From: an uncultured bacterium
Lineage (GTDB): Bacteria > Verrucomicrobiota > Kiritimatiellia > CAIKKV01 > CAITUY01
DNA length: 64,000 nucleotides
Direction: 5' to 3'
Assembly: GCA_903895695.1 (NCBI GenBank)
Contig: CAITUY010000047.1
Coordinates: 10,397 to 74,396 of the forward strand
The number at the start of each line of letters is the position of its first letter. The stretch's first letter is position 1. A model generated the notes under the pieces. It worked only from the letters and a program-made list of their open reading frames with translations. It had not been told where the DNA came from and did not search any database. Below are positions 1 through 10,085 of the stretch, piece after piece. The translations under genes and the position numbers were made by a program.

Positions 1-134
1 CCACCGGCCGCCTGATACAGACACACCGACAAGTCCCCGTTCCCGAGCGTCAGCCCATCGTCGGGAACCAGGATGGTCTCTTCCACATCTATTACATGTT
101 CGCACTGCATCGTCTCGATCCTTCCCATCGTATG

Positions 135-1409
135 CTATCCAGCTGCATCCGGCTTGTCCGATGCTGCTGCCCCGGGAGGATCGCCAAAGTCGGGCACCTC
201 CATCAACACGCCGCCCTTTAATGCCGACTCGTGAGCGATGAGGCCGGGAACGAGATACCGGGCCGCAGCCCAGACATGGTTCGGGGGTGTCCTGCCTGTC
301 ACACAAGCCGAGACAAAATCGTGCACCAGGAACTGGTGCGACCCGTTATGGCCATTCGGCAGTCCCCTGAACTCCCTTGGCAGAAGTTGGATCGGATGCA
401 CAGAGGAGACGCCGTGGTGGGTTCCGTCCGCCGACGTGATCTTCGACATGCCCGAGTCCTCGGCGACGGCAGGAATGTCCTTGCACCGGAGTTGTTCTGC
501 CAAGTCGAGACATGTCGCCCGATCCTTGGTCACCCACATCTGACCGTTAACCTGTTCCTCGTAACTGGCTTCAGTGCCGTAAAGCCTCATGCCGACGGTT
601 CCCGGGTGACCGACCCTGCGGAACTCGCTGATGCGCGCCATGCTGCCGTCCGACATGCGACACAGCATGGTCTCATTGCTGAAGGGGTTCTTCCACACGT
701 TGTCGGCCCGGGCGTAGAGATTATCCGGGTGGCGATCCACGAAACCCATACCGGACACATGGGTCGCGTGCGCGCCTGTGACCGACACAATCATGCTGGT
801 CGAATGGGTCGGGTAGAACAGCGGGGGCATGCCGTAGTACTTCTCCCAGTCCTTGCCGTGTCGCCACTTCAACACGTCATACATGCCGTGAACATAGTCG
901 TGATAGTATTCCCCTTCTGCGTAGACAACATGGCCAAAGTCGCCGCTCCGGAATCGTGTCCGGCAGTAGATGGCGCACGGGTAGTAGTAACTGGTCTCAC
1001 CAATCATGTAGATCCGGCCGGAGGCCTCCACTGCCTGCACCAACTGCCTGATCTCCTGGAGCGAAATCGCCGACGGGACCGCGGAATAGACGTGCTTGCC
1101 TGCCTTCAGTGCCTGTACGGCCTGGGGACCATGAAGATGGTGCTGCGTGATGATGGCGATCGCATCCACATCCATCGTGCAAAGGTCGTCCAGTGACGGA
1201 CATCGATCCGCGATGCCGAACTTCGCGCACTTGGCGGCCAGTTTGCCCGCATCCAGATCGCACAAGACGACGTTCTCCACGTCGGGATGGTGCTGGAACA
1301 GGGGAATGAAACAGTCCGCGAATGCTCCAACGCCGCAAATGCCTATCCTAATGCCCATGTGACGGTACCTCCTTATTGCCGAGCAACCTTGTTCCGTCAT
1401 CGACCGCAC
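135..1409 (-). CDS. Gfo/Idh/MocA-family NAD(P)-dependent oxidoreductase (real start probably Met18, ~1358)
   Basis: N-terminal Rossmann motif MGIRIGICGVGAFA and overall Gfo/Idh/MocA-like dehydrogenase architecture; the ORF as called overlaps the next gene by 13 nt. Confidence 0.6.
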   Translation of the reverse strand: MRSMTEQGCSAIRRYRHMGIRIGICGVGAFADCFIPLFQHHPDVENVVLCDLDAGKLAAKCAKFGIADRCPSLDDLCTMDVDAIAIITQHHLHGPQAVQALKAGKHVYSAVPSAISLQEIRQLVQAVEASGRIYMIGETSYYYPCAIYCRTRFRSGDFGHVVYAEGEYYHDYVHGMYDVLKWRHGKDWEKYYGMPPLFYPTHSTSMIVSVTGAHATHVSGMGFVDRHPDNLYARADNVWKNPFSNETMLCRMSDGSMARISEFRRVGHPGTVGMRLYGTEASYEEQVNGQMWVTKDRATCLDLAEQLRCKDIPAVAEDSGMSKITSADGTHHGVSSVHPIQLLPREFRGLPNGHNGSHQFLVHDFVSACVTGRTPPNHVWAAARYLVPGLIAHESALKGGVLMEVPDFGDPPGAAASDKPDAAG

Positions 1410-3511
1410 ACGCCATCCGCCACGGCGTGCGTGATTTCCAGTGGCGCCACGTTCCCGGTGCCCGCGCGCCGAAACGCCAGCAGTCCCCAGGCGCTGTGGG
1501 CGCCCCAGGCGAGCGGCGCGTCAAAGTCCTTATGGGAGAGGCAGAACGAATCCGTCGCGTCCGCCCACGCAATTTCCAACGCCACGGCCTCCTCGGGCTT
1601 CGCCGCCGCACCATTGAGTGTCACCGGCAGGCGTCGCACGCGCGGCAGCGCCCGGGTGTCCCCAGCCGCCCGCGGCGCCAGCACCCACGCCCAGCAGCCC
1701 GACTGCGCCTGCATGCCAAAGGCGAAACACGGGTACCGTTCGGCGTCGAGATGCTTCTCGCGGATATAGGCGTCCAAGCCGTCACTCCGGACCTGCGCCA
1801 ATTCGAGTGCGTCCTCCCCGGGCGGCACGATCGTCAGGCTGGGACCGCCCGGCTCACCCAGCACGACCGCCCGGCCCTCGATCCGGCCGGGAACGCACCC
1901 GTGGAAATACGCCTGGTACCGGTTCACGGCGGAAGACTCGACACAGTCCAGGACGATCCAATAGGCCGGCTCCGCTTTGACGAAAAAAACCTTGCGGGCG
2001 TGCAGGATTTCATGGCGGCAAGGGCGGTAATACCCTTCGTGCACGCCGTGGAAGAAGTCGTGCGTCGGCTCGGTGATCCAGCGACGCACGCAGGGCATGG
2101 TCACCGCATCCCACCGCCACTCGCCGACGAGCGGCGTCTGCTCCATCCCCTCGATGGCCAGGCACGAGTGTGCCTCCGTCTTCTGGTCGTAGTCGCGGCC
2201 GGGCGAGATCCCATAGGGGGCGTCGCTCTTCTCGCCGATGAACCGGATGCCGTGGGCATGAACCTCAATCGAGAAGATGTTGTTGTGTCCGTGGCTTGTC
2301 ACCATCGGCCCGCGATCCGCCGCGGCGACAGCCAGGTGCAGGGCATCCGGAGTCAGACCGGTGCGCATCGCCGCATAGCCGGTGGGGCCCATGAGCACCG
2401 AGGTCGCGCGGGGATCCTTCGGCCGGATCGCCGCGTAGGCCCGGGCGCCCTCCAGGCCCACCTGCCAAAACGCCGACTGCGGGATGGAGTCCGGGCTTTC
2501 GCCGGCTGGTCCCGCCCGGCGGGCGCGCGCGTATTCGGCGTACCACTTGAACTCGCGGTCGCCCGTCATCGCTGCCGCCACGGCTGCCATCGCCGTCAGC
2601 TCACCCGGATTGGCGCCGTCGTGATCGTCGCCGAACTGCGGCATGCACCCGCTGGGAGTCATCAGATGCAGCAGGTACCGCGTCGCCCGCCACGCCCCCT
2701 CGGCCAGATCGGCGGAGACGGGGTAACCGTTGCGCCGCGCCACGAGCAATATTTCCCACAGGTTCATCATCGAACCGACCTGATACCCGGCGGACGTTTC
2801 GCGGGCGCCGCCGTCGGCCTTGTAATGCCCGCGGACATGCTCCTCGACCACGCTCCACGCCGATCGCAACAGGTAGTCCGACCGCTTGCATTCGGGGAAC
2901 ATAAGCCCCACCGCGGGCAGACCCCGGACCCCGTGCAGCCACCAGTTGTGACCTTCCGGGCCCAGCATCAGGGAACTCCAGCGCGACACGGACGAGTCCC
3001 AGGCGTCGTTGGCGATGGCGAATAGATGATCCAGGAACGCGATCCGGCCCTCGACCGTGAACCCGGGGCAATCCAACAGGAGGTGGTAAGCTTCCACTTC
3101 CAGGCCCGCCTGAATGCCGTTGAAGTAGTACCAGGAGAACATCTTTCCTGTCGGCACCGCCCGGTAGAAGCGCTCGAACGCCGCCCCGTAGGCCGGGTCA
3201 CCCGTCGCCCACCACGCCTCGCCCAGGAGCGCCACGTCAGGCAAACCCCGCGGGGCCTGGGCGTCCTCGATGGAGCGCGCCGCCACCCGATCCGCCGGAG
3301 CCCGGTCATAACGCCGCCAGGCTTCGTAGTGGCTCTGAAGATAGTCGAGCAATTCGGCTTTGCGGTCGACCTCCAGCCAGAACCGCGGCCGGGGCGGGGC
3401 AGCCAGGTACTTCACGAGCGCCTCAGCCGGGGCGGCCGATACCTTCACGGCCGCCAGGCGCGGATGATCCAAATTGATGTAATCCAGCAGGTGCGCGGCT
3501 TTGTCAGTCAT
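1397..3511 (-). CDS. heparinase II/III-like polysaccharide lyase family protein
   Basis: 704 aa; central alpha-toroid-like region, then the motif TSHGHNNIFSIEVH resembling the conserved H-x-H…FS(F/I) motif of heparinase II/III family lyases; paralogous to 58340..60661. Confidence 0.45.
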   Translation of the reverse strand: MTDKAAHLLDYINLDHPRLAAVKVSAAPAEALVKYLAAPPRPRFWLEVDRKAELLDYLQSHYEAWRRYDRAPADRVAARSIEDAQAPRGLPDVALLGEAWWATGDPAYGAAFERFYRAVPTGKMFSWYYFNGIQAGLEVEAYHLLLDCPGFTVEGRIAFLDHLFAIANDAWDSSVSRWSSLMLGPEGHNWWLHGVRGLPAVGLMFPECKRSDYLLRSAWSVVEEHVRGHYKADGGARETSAGYQVGSMMNLWEILLVARRNGYPVSADLAEGAWRATRYLLHLMTPSGCMPQFGDDHDGANPGELTAMAAVAAAMTGDREFKWYAEYARARRAGPAGESPDSIPQSAFWQVGLEGARAYAAIRPKDPRATSVLMGPTGYAAMRTGLTPDALHLAVAAADRGPMVTSHGHNNIFSIEVHAHGIRFIGEKSDAPYGISPGRDYDQKTEAHSCLAIEGMEQTPLVGEWRWDAVTMPCVRRWITEPTHDFFHGVHEGYYRPCRHEILHARKVFFVKAEPAYWIVLDCVESSAVNRYQAYFHGCVPGRIEGRAVVLGEPGGPSLTIVPPGEDALELAQVRSDGLDAYIREKHLDAERYPCFAFGMQAQSGCWAWVLAPRAAGDTRALPRVRRLPVTLNGAAAKPEEAVALEIAWADATDSFCLSHKDFDAPLAWGAHSAWGLLAFRRAGTGNVAPLEITHAVADGVCGR

Positions 3512-3520
3512 GGTTTCCCC

Positions 3521-6500
3521 CTACTTCACCGTCACGTAAACCGAACTGCCCGCCGGGACCTTGACTTTTTCTTTCACCGCTTTCCGGTCCTTGACGGCCT
3601 CGGCACTACGCACCGTGGCCGAAATGTCCCGGGCGGTCGGATTGTTAACCTCGATCACGGCGCAGTCCTTGGTCCACTCCGCCCCAAAGGCCAGGTTCAG
3701 GTTCGTGTCGCTCGCGGTCAGCAGGTTGCCGAAGTAGAAATCGGTGTCCTTGTCCACGCGCAGGAGCCCGAGGGCGACGCCGTCAAGGAAGCCGTACGGC
3801 TCGACGATGTTGGTCACGGAGGTCCACAGCCCCGCCACCCAGCGCGGATTGGCGCCGTGCAACTGCAGCGGGATGCCGGTTTCCTTGTCATAGCCGGGAT
3901 TGACGCCCTCCCAGCCGCGCGGCGCCCGGTCCGGGATCGCCGCCCCGGTGAGGTGCCCGGCCACGCCGCCCTTGTCGGCGTCGAAGTGAATTGTGGCCAC
4001 GATGCGGTTCACCTTGCCCTGGCGCATGTCGAGCGTGTAGGGCGTGAGCCCGTCGAGGCCCATGGACTTCAGGATGGCGGGCGCATTCGTCGCCTCGATC
4101 TTCGTGAAGACGCCGCGATAGACGGTCCCGGACTTGGCCAGGCCGTCGGCTGGCGGCGGGAACCCGATCGCGCCATCCGCGCCCACCCGTAGCGGGCTCA
4201 GGGCCACGATATCTCCGGCCCAACCGCCCTCCGGCAGATCCACGAACGTTTCGACCTTGCCCGCAACCTTCTGCCCCTTGGCGTCGGTGAAGCGGTAGTC
4301 CGCCTTCGCGGTCGTTCGCCCGATGATCGGCCACACGTTGCCCGACGACTTCAGGTCCATCTTCAGCCGAATGCTGCCCTCTTCGTCAACAAAGGCGGGC
4401 GGCGAAATCAACTGCCGGTAGCTCCGCGAACGATAGTGGATGTCGCGCATCCGGGCCCAGTACTCCGGAATAGGCATGTCGTTGAACACCGGGGCGTTAT
4501 CGGCCCGGAACTGGCGGCCGCCCTTGCCCCAGGTCTTCGTCTCGTAGACGTAGAGATCGCCGGCCGGCACGTAGGTCGAGCCCACGTCAAAGTCCAGGAT
4601 GCCGTACAGATACCCGGCATAAAACATCTGCGGCTTGTAGCAGATGGCCTGCGCCAGTTTGACACCGGGTACTTCAATCTGCACCTTCGAGGCTGGTGCT
4701 TTCCCGATGTAAGTCAGCCACGGCATGCGCATGCCGAAGAAGTTTTGGCGGTCCATGCAGCGGATAAAGTAGTACAGAGGCAGGGAGCGGATCGCCGACA
4801 GATACGCCCTGCCACCCTGCGCGTCGCGCAGCTCCACGACAAACCAGTGCTGCCGGCCCTGGTCGCCACTCCAGCGCACCTCGGCGTTCGTCGCCGCCGG
4901 CGTGAACCGGCGATACACGCCCTGCTGGTCGTTCACCAAGATCTCGGAGATCGGCCGCGGGCCGTGCGCCTTAAGCGTGACATTCCAACCCGGCGCCTGC
5001 CAGTTGTCCATTCGGCAGTCGTCGAAGAGCGGGCCGCTGCTGACGTAATACCGGGCGGGATTGCCGCCGAAATTGGGCTGCCCCAGCCGGTAGTAGAACG
5101 CTGCGTGTTCGGGCGTGTCGGAGTTGATGTAGTTCTGGAGGCCCGCCCCGGCCGCCGCCGCCAGTTGATCGGGCGACGAAACCTCGTGCACGGCCACGGG
5201 ATGCGGAATAGTCGCGTTGTAGACGAGCCACTGGTAAGCGAACAGCCCGTCGTCCACGGGCTTGTCCACCTCGTAGGTCTCCACGGCAACGCCCACCAGG
5301 TGGCTGTACAAGTCCGGCGGCAGCGCCCCCTGCGCCCCGCGCACCGTGGCCAATTGCTGCGGCCGCGCCGCGACCGGCAGGACATCGCCCATGCCCAGCA
5401 CCATGTGCCCTGTCCAGAACATCTTCTTGCGGTCGGGCGTCAGCAGGTGCGGGCGGACCCGTTGATAGACCCCTACCAGCAAGAACCGGTTCCCAAGGTC
5501 GGTGTCCATGTCGTAGCCGGGCACCAACGTCACCGCGCCGTCGCTGTACTTGCGGCAGTCTGCGACGTATTGCTCCCACTGGTCGTGCTTGAAGAACTCG
5601 AACGGTTCGGTGAAGCAGACCACGTCGTAGCCGGCCTTCTTCGCGGCTTTCGCCCAATCCTCCGGCGTGCCCTTGCCGTTGCTGGCCGCGCTGCGGGCGC
5701 CCACGAGGATCTTGATCGGGCGCACCGGGCCCGTCACCATCGGGTCCTTCTCATTCCAGACGTCCGACAGCATGGTCTCGTCCTTGCTGTGGTCCTCGGG
5801 CGGTAGCACCACGCCCTTGGCGCTGTCGAATCCACCCAGGCCCGCCTTGAGCGACGGCTCCGCGAGCCAGCGGTACGTGTTATCCAGCAGGACGTGCAGG
5901 TCGCTCTTTGTCTTGCCGTCGCCTTCGCTCATGGGGATCCCGTCCACCCGCGAGAAGGAACTCTCGGTCACGTCGCCCGATTTCGCGTAAGTGATCAGGA
6001 ACAGGTGCCACCCGGACAGGCCCGTCACCGCCACGCGCCCCTTGCCGAACTCGCGCACGCCGAACAGCCCCGGCTCATCCCAGCCCTCCAGGGCTGTCCA
6101 GTCGCCCTTGTCGTCGTAGATCGAACCGCGGCGCATCTCCGACCGGCTGCCCGGCATCGCCTTGACCGCCATCGTCCACGCGCTATCCTTCGCCTTGAGC
6201 GGAATTGTGGTGTAGTTGTCGTCCCAGCGCGTGCAGTAGGACGGATAGTAGATACGCTTGACGCCCTCCGTGACCGGATGGGCGGACACCGCCTCGGTCC
6301 ACGGGTAGTCCGCGCTGCAAAAGCCGCTGGCGGCGGCCTTGAACGCGCGCGCCGTGTCGCGAACGCAGGCGCACTCGGTCTCCAGGCCATAGGGGGCCAG
6401 CAGATCATTGAGCGAGTAGGTCGTGCGCATACCGACCTCCTCCAGGGCCGGGACAATGAACAGCCCCCCGCCCTCCCGCACCCACTGTTGGAGCAGCGTG

Positions 6501-6868
6501 AGATTCGTCCGCACGGTCAGCAGGTGGTACCCGCTGCGCCACCCCGTCATATCGATGTAACCCCCGCCCAGGTACGCGCTCGGGTTGAGGTAGACTGCGA
6601 CGTTGAACTGCTTGAGGAACTCCGGGGTCAGCGCCTGCCACTCGTGCGTGGTCGTCACCCGGTAGCCCCGGTCCTTGAGCATCTCCTGATATTTCGCGTC
6701 CAGCTTCGGCTGCTCCCCGAACGCCCATTCGGAATGACCCCGGATCAGCAGCAGGTCGATGGGTCCCCCGCCCTTGCCGCCCTTCGCGGGGTCCGGCAAC
6801 GCGCCCATGGCCACCCCGCATAACCCCAACAGGCCCATCAGGATCGCGATCCATTCACGTCGTCTCAC
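3521..6868 (-). CDS. large secreted protein, N-terminal ThuA/GATase1-like domain, putative glycan-active enzyme
   Basis: 1115 aa; signal peptide MRRREWIAILMGLLGLCGVAMG; N-terminal region (…AVYLNPSAYLGGGYIDMTG…GGGLFIVPALEEVG) resembles ThuA-like/class-I glutamine amidotransferase-like folds; rest uncharacterised. Confidence 0.35.
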   Translation of the reverse strand: MRRREWIAILMGLLGLCGVAMGALPDPAKGGKGGGPIDLLLIRGHSEWAFGEQPKLDAKYQEMLKDRGYRVTTTHEWQALTPEFLKQFNVAVYLNPSAYLGGGYIDMTGWRSGYHLLTVRTNLTLLQQWVREGGGLFIVPALEEVGMRTTYSLNDLLAPYGLETECACVRDTARAFKAAASGFCSADYPWTEAVSAHPVTEGVKRIYYPSYCTRWDDNYTTIPLKAKDSAWTMAVKAMPGSRSEMRRGSIYDDKGDWTALEGWDEPGLFGVREFGKGRVAVTGLSGWHLFLITYAKSGDVTESSFSRVDGIPMSEGDGKTKSDLHVLLDNTYRWLAEPSLKAGLGGFDSAKGVVLPPEDHSKDETMLSDVWNEKDPMVTGPVRPIKILVGARSAASNGKGTPEDWAKAAKKAGYDVVCFTEPFEFFKHDQWEQYVADCRKYSDGAVTLVPGYDMDTDLGNRFLLVGVYQRVRPHLLTPDRKKMFWTGHMVLGMGDVLPVAARPQQLATVRGAQGALPPDLYSHLVGVAVETYEVDKPVDDGLFAYQWLVYNATIPHPVAVHEVSSPDQLAAAAGAGLQNYINSDTPEHAAFYYRLGQPNFGGNPARYYVSSGPLFDDCRMDNWQAPGWNVTLKAHGPRPISEILVNDQQGVYRRFTPAATNAEVRWSGDQGRQHWFVVELRDAQGGRAYLSAIRSLPLYYFIRCMDRQNFFGMRMPWLTYIGKAPASKVQIEVPGVKLAQAICYKPQMFYAGYLYGILDFDVGSTYVPAGDLYVYETKTWGKGGRQFRADNAPVFNDMPIPEYWARMRDIHYRSRSYRQLISPPAFVDEEGSIRLKMDLKSSGNVWPIIGRTTAKADYRFTDAKGQKVAGKVETFVDLPEGGWAGDIVALSPLRVGADGAIGFPPPADGLAKSGTVYRGVFTKIEATNAPAILKSMGLDGLTPYTLDMRQGKVNRIVATIHFDADKGGVAGHLTGAAIPDRAPRGWEGVNPGYDKETGIPLQLHGANPRWVAGLWTSVTNIVEPYGFLDGVALGLLRVDKDTDFYFGNLLTASDTNLNLAFGAEWTKDCAVIEVNNPTARDISATVRSAEAVKDRKAVKEKVKVPAGSSVYVTVK

Positions 6869-6900
6869 AGGAATCTCCTTCCGTAACTAGACTTCTCTTT

Positions 6901-9051
6901 CTATTCCTGCCATCGATACACGTGCCAGGCTTGGGCGCTGAGGCCCCGCTTGCCGGGAACGCTTACGTTTCGTTCGCCCGCGAGGGTCTCGACCTGAGTG
7001 TTACCCGGCACCGGGCAGAGCAGATCCTTGAACGCGAACAGGACGCGTTGCCGCCCGTTTTGCCAGAGCACGCCCTGCCGCTCGGGCAGGAGGCGGCGCT
7101 TGACCAGGTCCGACTCCACGGCCAGGTACGTGTCGAGATAGGGCTTGTACCAGGGAACCACCGGCACGTCGGACATGGCCTGCACATAGCGGTCCATGGC
7201 CGGCACGCACCGGTTGGCGAGGCAACGGAAGAACCGACACCGGGCATCTTCCTCCGTGCGGTCGCGGTGGACCGAGGCGCGCGGCTGCTGGCCGACCAGC
7301 ATGTCCTCGTTCTCCTGGTACCAGTCCCAGCAGTTCTGGCCGGCGATGCCCTGCACGCCGCCCGTGGTCTTGGGGTCCGTATCCATGACGCTGCAGGCGG
7401 CCACGCCGAAGGGGCTCACGCCCTCGATGGCGATGTTCGGGATGCCGACCGACTGCAGGCCCGCGATCCACTCCCCGATTGCGAAGGCGTTGGGCTCCAT
7501 CTCGCGCGTGTAGTCGGTCGGCAGCAGGCCCAGGTTGCCGAGCGAATCGATCCACACATAGTCGAGCCCCCCCTCCTCCTTCCAGCGCCGGAGATCGTCG
7601 AGGATCCACTGCCGGACACCGGTGTTCATGTTCAGGCTGGCGAGCTCGAAGTTCGGGTAGCCGCCGGCATAGGTCAACGTGTTGAACCCGTGCACCGCCC
7701 AGTCGGGATGCTCCTGCAGGATCGGGGCATGGTAGGCTAGGTGCGGCGCAAGCCAGATCCCCGCCTCCATGCCCAGGGCATGCGCCTTGTCGTAAAAGTA
7801 CTTCCACGCCTGCATGCCGCCCCAGAACGCGGCGGGCTGGAAGCGGTGCGTGCAGCAGCAGGACCCGACATTGAGGTCGCCGTGAATCCCGTGGTGCAGC
7901 TTGCATTCCAGGCCGCGCTGGGACGGGTCGCTCTCGCTGACCGGCTCGGGGATGACGCGCTTCACGCCCTGCGCCGCCAGGCGCGGCAGATAGTCGTCGG
8001 CCATGGCGATCAACCACTCCTGCGCCGGCACCCAGCGCTGGCCCACCTGCATCAGGTAGCGGCCGTCCTTCTCCAGGCGCTGCCCGTAGTTCAGGGTGCG
8101 TTCGGGCAGCGGACGCGAGCGCCGGATCCCGAAGTGGGCACGGGCCAGGTCCGTGCAGTGCTCGAAGGCATCGTTCCAGCGGTTGCGCTGCTCGTGCTCC
8201 GGCAGGCCGGACCTTGCGGCGGGGGCGAAAAGAATCGCCTTGCGCGGGATCGCCGCGCGGTTCGCGGCACGGAAATGCGAGGCGTCGACGAAAAAGAAGA
8301 CGTCCTCGCCGGGGTTCTTCTGGACGAAGCTGCGCACATCGGCTTTCTCCGGCCAGTAGCCGAGCAAGGTGCCGGCGCTGGAAGCGAGGAAATCGAAGCA
8401 CTGGTGCAGCCCCCAGCGCGGCGTCCACTGGAACGACATCCCCTGGGGCTTGCCGAAGTCCCGCAGCGCCTTCAGGCAGGCGCTGGTGAAGTGCGTGTCC
8501 TTGTCGGCGGTGTAAACCGCGGGCGTAACCTGGCCCTGCGACAGGATCGTGTTGCCCGCGGCGCTCCCGCCGATCTCCCACGTGCCCACGGCCACAATCC
8601 GGAAGATCGTCTGCGTCGCGGACTCGAACTCCCAGGCGTAGGAGAAGCCCTGGTAGGCCAAGCCTTCCAACGTCAGGGACTCGGGGCGCAGAATCCAGGT
8701 AAGGCGATCCTCGACCGGAACGTCCGAAGCCGAGACGCGGAACTGGTGGTCGTTGTACTCGTCGCCATAGGCCTCCTCGTGACGCGGGACGCCGCAGGCC
8801 GTGGTGTCCACGGCCACGCCGCCATCTTCCAGCGTCCGGACTTCACCCAGGCGGAAGCGGACGTACTCGAGGCCGCGGATCGACTGGAGCCAGGGGTAAA
8901 GCGGGACATCGCCGTTGCGCAGGACGGTCTTCCCGGCTTTTACCGTCCCGAGGCCGAGGACGTCACCGGCCTTGTTAAGTTTGAGCTCGATGCTGACACG
9001 GTTATCGAATTGGACGACCAGGCTATTCTTGCGTTTCTTCCAGATGGTCAT
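6901..9051 (-). CDS. hypothetical protein, possible glycoside-hydrolase-like TIM-barrel protein
   Basis: 716-aa uninterrupted ORF in the same strand and operon context as the glycan genes; no motif confidently recognised. Confidence 0.35.
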   Translation of the reverse strand: MTIWKKRKNSLVVQFDNRVSIELKLNKAGDVLGLGTVKAGKTVLRNGDVPLYPWLQSIRGLEYVRFRLGEVRTLEDGGVAVDTTACGVPRHEEAYGDEYNDHQFRVSASDVPVEDRLTWILRPESLTLEGLAYQGFSYAWEFESATQTIFRIVAVGTWEIGGSAAGNTILSQGQVTPAVYTADKDTHFTSACLKALRDFGKPQGMSFQWTPRWGLHQCFDFLASSAGTLLGYWPEKADVRSFVQKNPGEDVFFFVDASHFRAANRAAIPRKAILFAPAARSGLPEHEQRNRWNDAFEHCTDLARAHFGIRRSRPLPERTLNYGQRLEKDGRYLMQVGQRWVPAQEWLIAMADDYLPRLAAQGVKRVIPEPVSESDPSQRGLECKLHHGIHGDLNVGSCCCTHRFQPAAFWGGMQAWKYFYDKAHALGMEAGIWLAPHLAYHAPILQEHPDWAVHGFNTLTYAGGYPNFELASLNMNTGVRQWILDDLRRWKEEGGLDYVWIDSLGNLGLLPTDYTREMEPNAFAIGEWIAGLQSVGIPNIAIEGVSPFGVAACSVMDTDPKTTGGVQGIAGQNCWDWYQENEDMLVGQQPRASVHRDRTEEDARCRFFRCLANRCVPAMDRYVQAMSDVPVVPWYKPYLDTYLAVESDLVKRRLLPERQGVLWQNGRQRVLFAFKDLLCPVPGNTQVETLAGERNVSVPGKRGLSAQAWHVYRWQE

Positions 9052-9266
9052 ATCAATAGTCTTCCTTTTTGCCGCTCTTCGTTACCACCACAGTCCCGGG
9101 CGGATGGAAACATCAGCCCCACATTACGCCGAAGTTGGCCCACCTTCTCTTCCACCGTCATCTTCGCCAGTAACTTCGTGATCTCCATTGTGCCGTATTC
9201 CTTGCTCCGATGCCAACTTCAGCCCGGACGCCAAGGGTGACTTCAGGCTCCGCCACCGTGCGCAAG

Positions 9267-10085
9267 TCACACCTTCGCGGTCAGCATGTCGGCCGGCCGG
9301 TTCGTACAGAGTTTGTCCAGCCCCATGGCACGCCACCGTCCCAGCGTGGCCGGGTCGTCCACTGTCCAGGCATTCACGCGAATGCCCCTTTCGTGAGCCT
9401 CAGTCAGCAGTCGCTCATCCACGGTGACGTGATCGGCATGAATCCACGGCAGGCGATGCTGCCGGGCGTGCGCCAGGATCTCGGGGCCGCTGCCAATCAG
9501 GGCCAGGGTGATCTCCGGGGCAATGGCGCGCACTTGCCGCAGCGCAGGCAAGTCAAAGGAGGACACGACATAGTGGCGTTCCTTTCCGAACCGGCGCAGC
9601 AATTCGACGACGGCGCGCGGCACATCGGCGCCCGCGGGCGACGCCATGATCTCCACGTTCAGCCCGGTACGGGTCGGCGCGACCAGCTCCATAACCTCCC
9701 GCAACTGGGGGATGCGTTCGCCGGAGAAGGTAGGCGCGAACCAGTATCCCGCATCAAGGCGGCCCAGTTCGTCGGCCCTCAAGTCGCACACGGCACCGGA
9801 TCCATTGGTCGTGCGGTCAACGGTATCGTCGTGCAGAACCATGAGCGTGCCATCCTTGGCGGGATGGACGTCGAGTTCGATCCACAGCACACCCAGCTCC
9901 AGAGCGCGCCGGAATGCCGCCAGTGTGTTCTCAGGCGCATTGGCACTGTCGCCACGGTGCGCCTCAATAACGGGCGGCGTATCGGCCACCGCCTCGCGTG
10001 CTTTCCGTGTCATCGCGACCTGCTCCCTCATGCGCTTCGTTTGACTGCCGTCACGCGCACCGGCCCCATGAGTCCTTGATCCCAA
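9267..10085 (-). CDS. glycerophosphodiester phosphodiesterase (GDPD family); true start probably internal (~10013-10034)
   Basis: Motifs VIEAHRGDSANAPENTLAAF, ELDVHPAKDG and VLHDDTVDRTTNG are classic GDPD catalytic signatures; the called N-terminus overlaps the upstream gene. Confidence 0.8.
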   Translation of the reverse strand: MGSRTHGAGARDGSQTKRMREQVAMTRKAREAVADTPPVIEAHRGDSANAPENTLAAFRRALELGVLWIELDVHPAKDGTLMVLHDDTVDRTTNGSGAVCDLRADELGRLDAGYWFAPTFSGERIPQLREVMELVAPTRTGLNVEIMASPAGADVPRAVVELLRRFGKERHYVVSSFDLPALRQVRAIAPEITLALIGSGPEILAHARQHRLPWIHADHVTVDERLLTEAHERGIRVNAWTVDDPATLGRWRAMGLDKLCTNRPADMLTAKV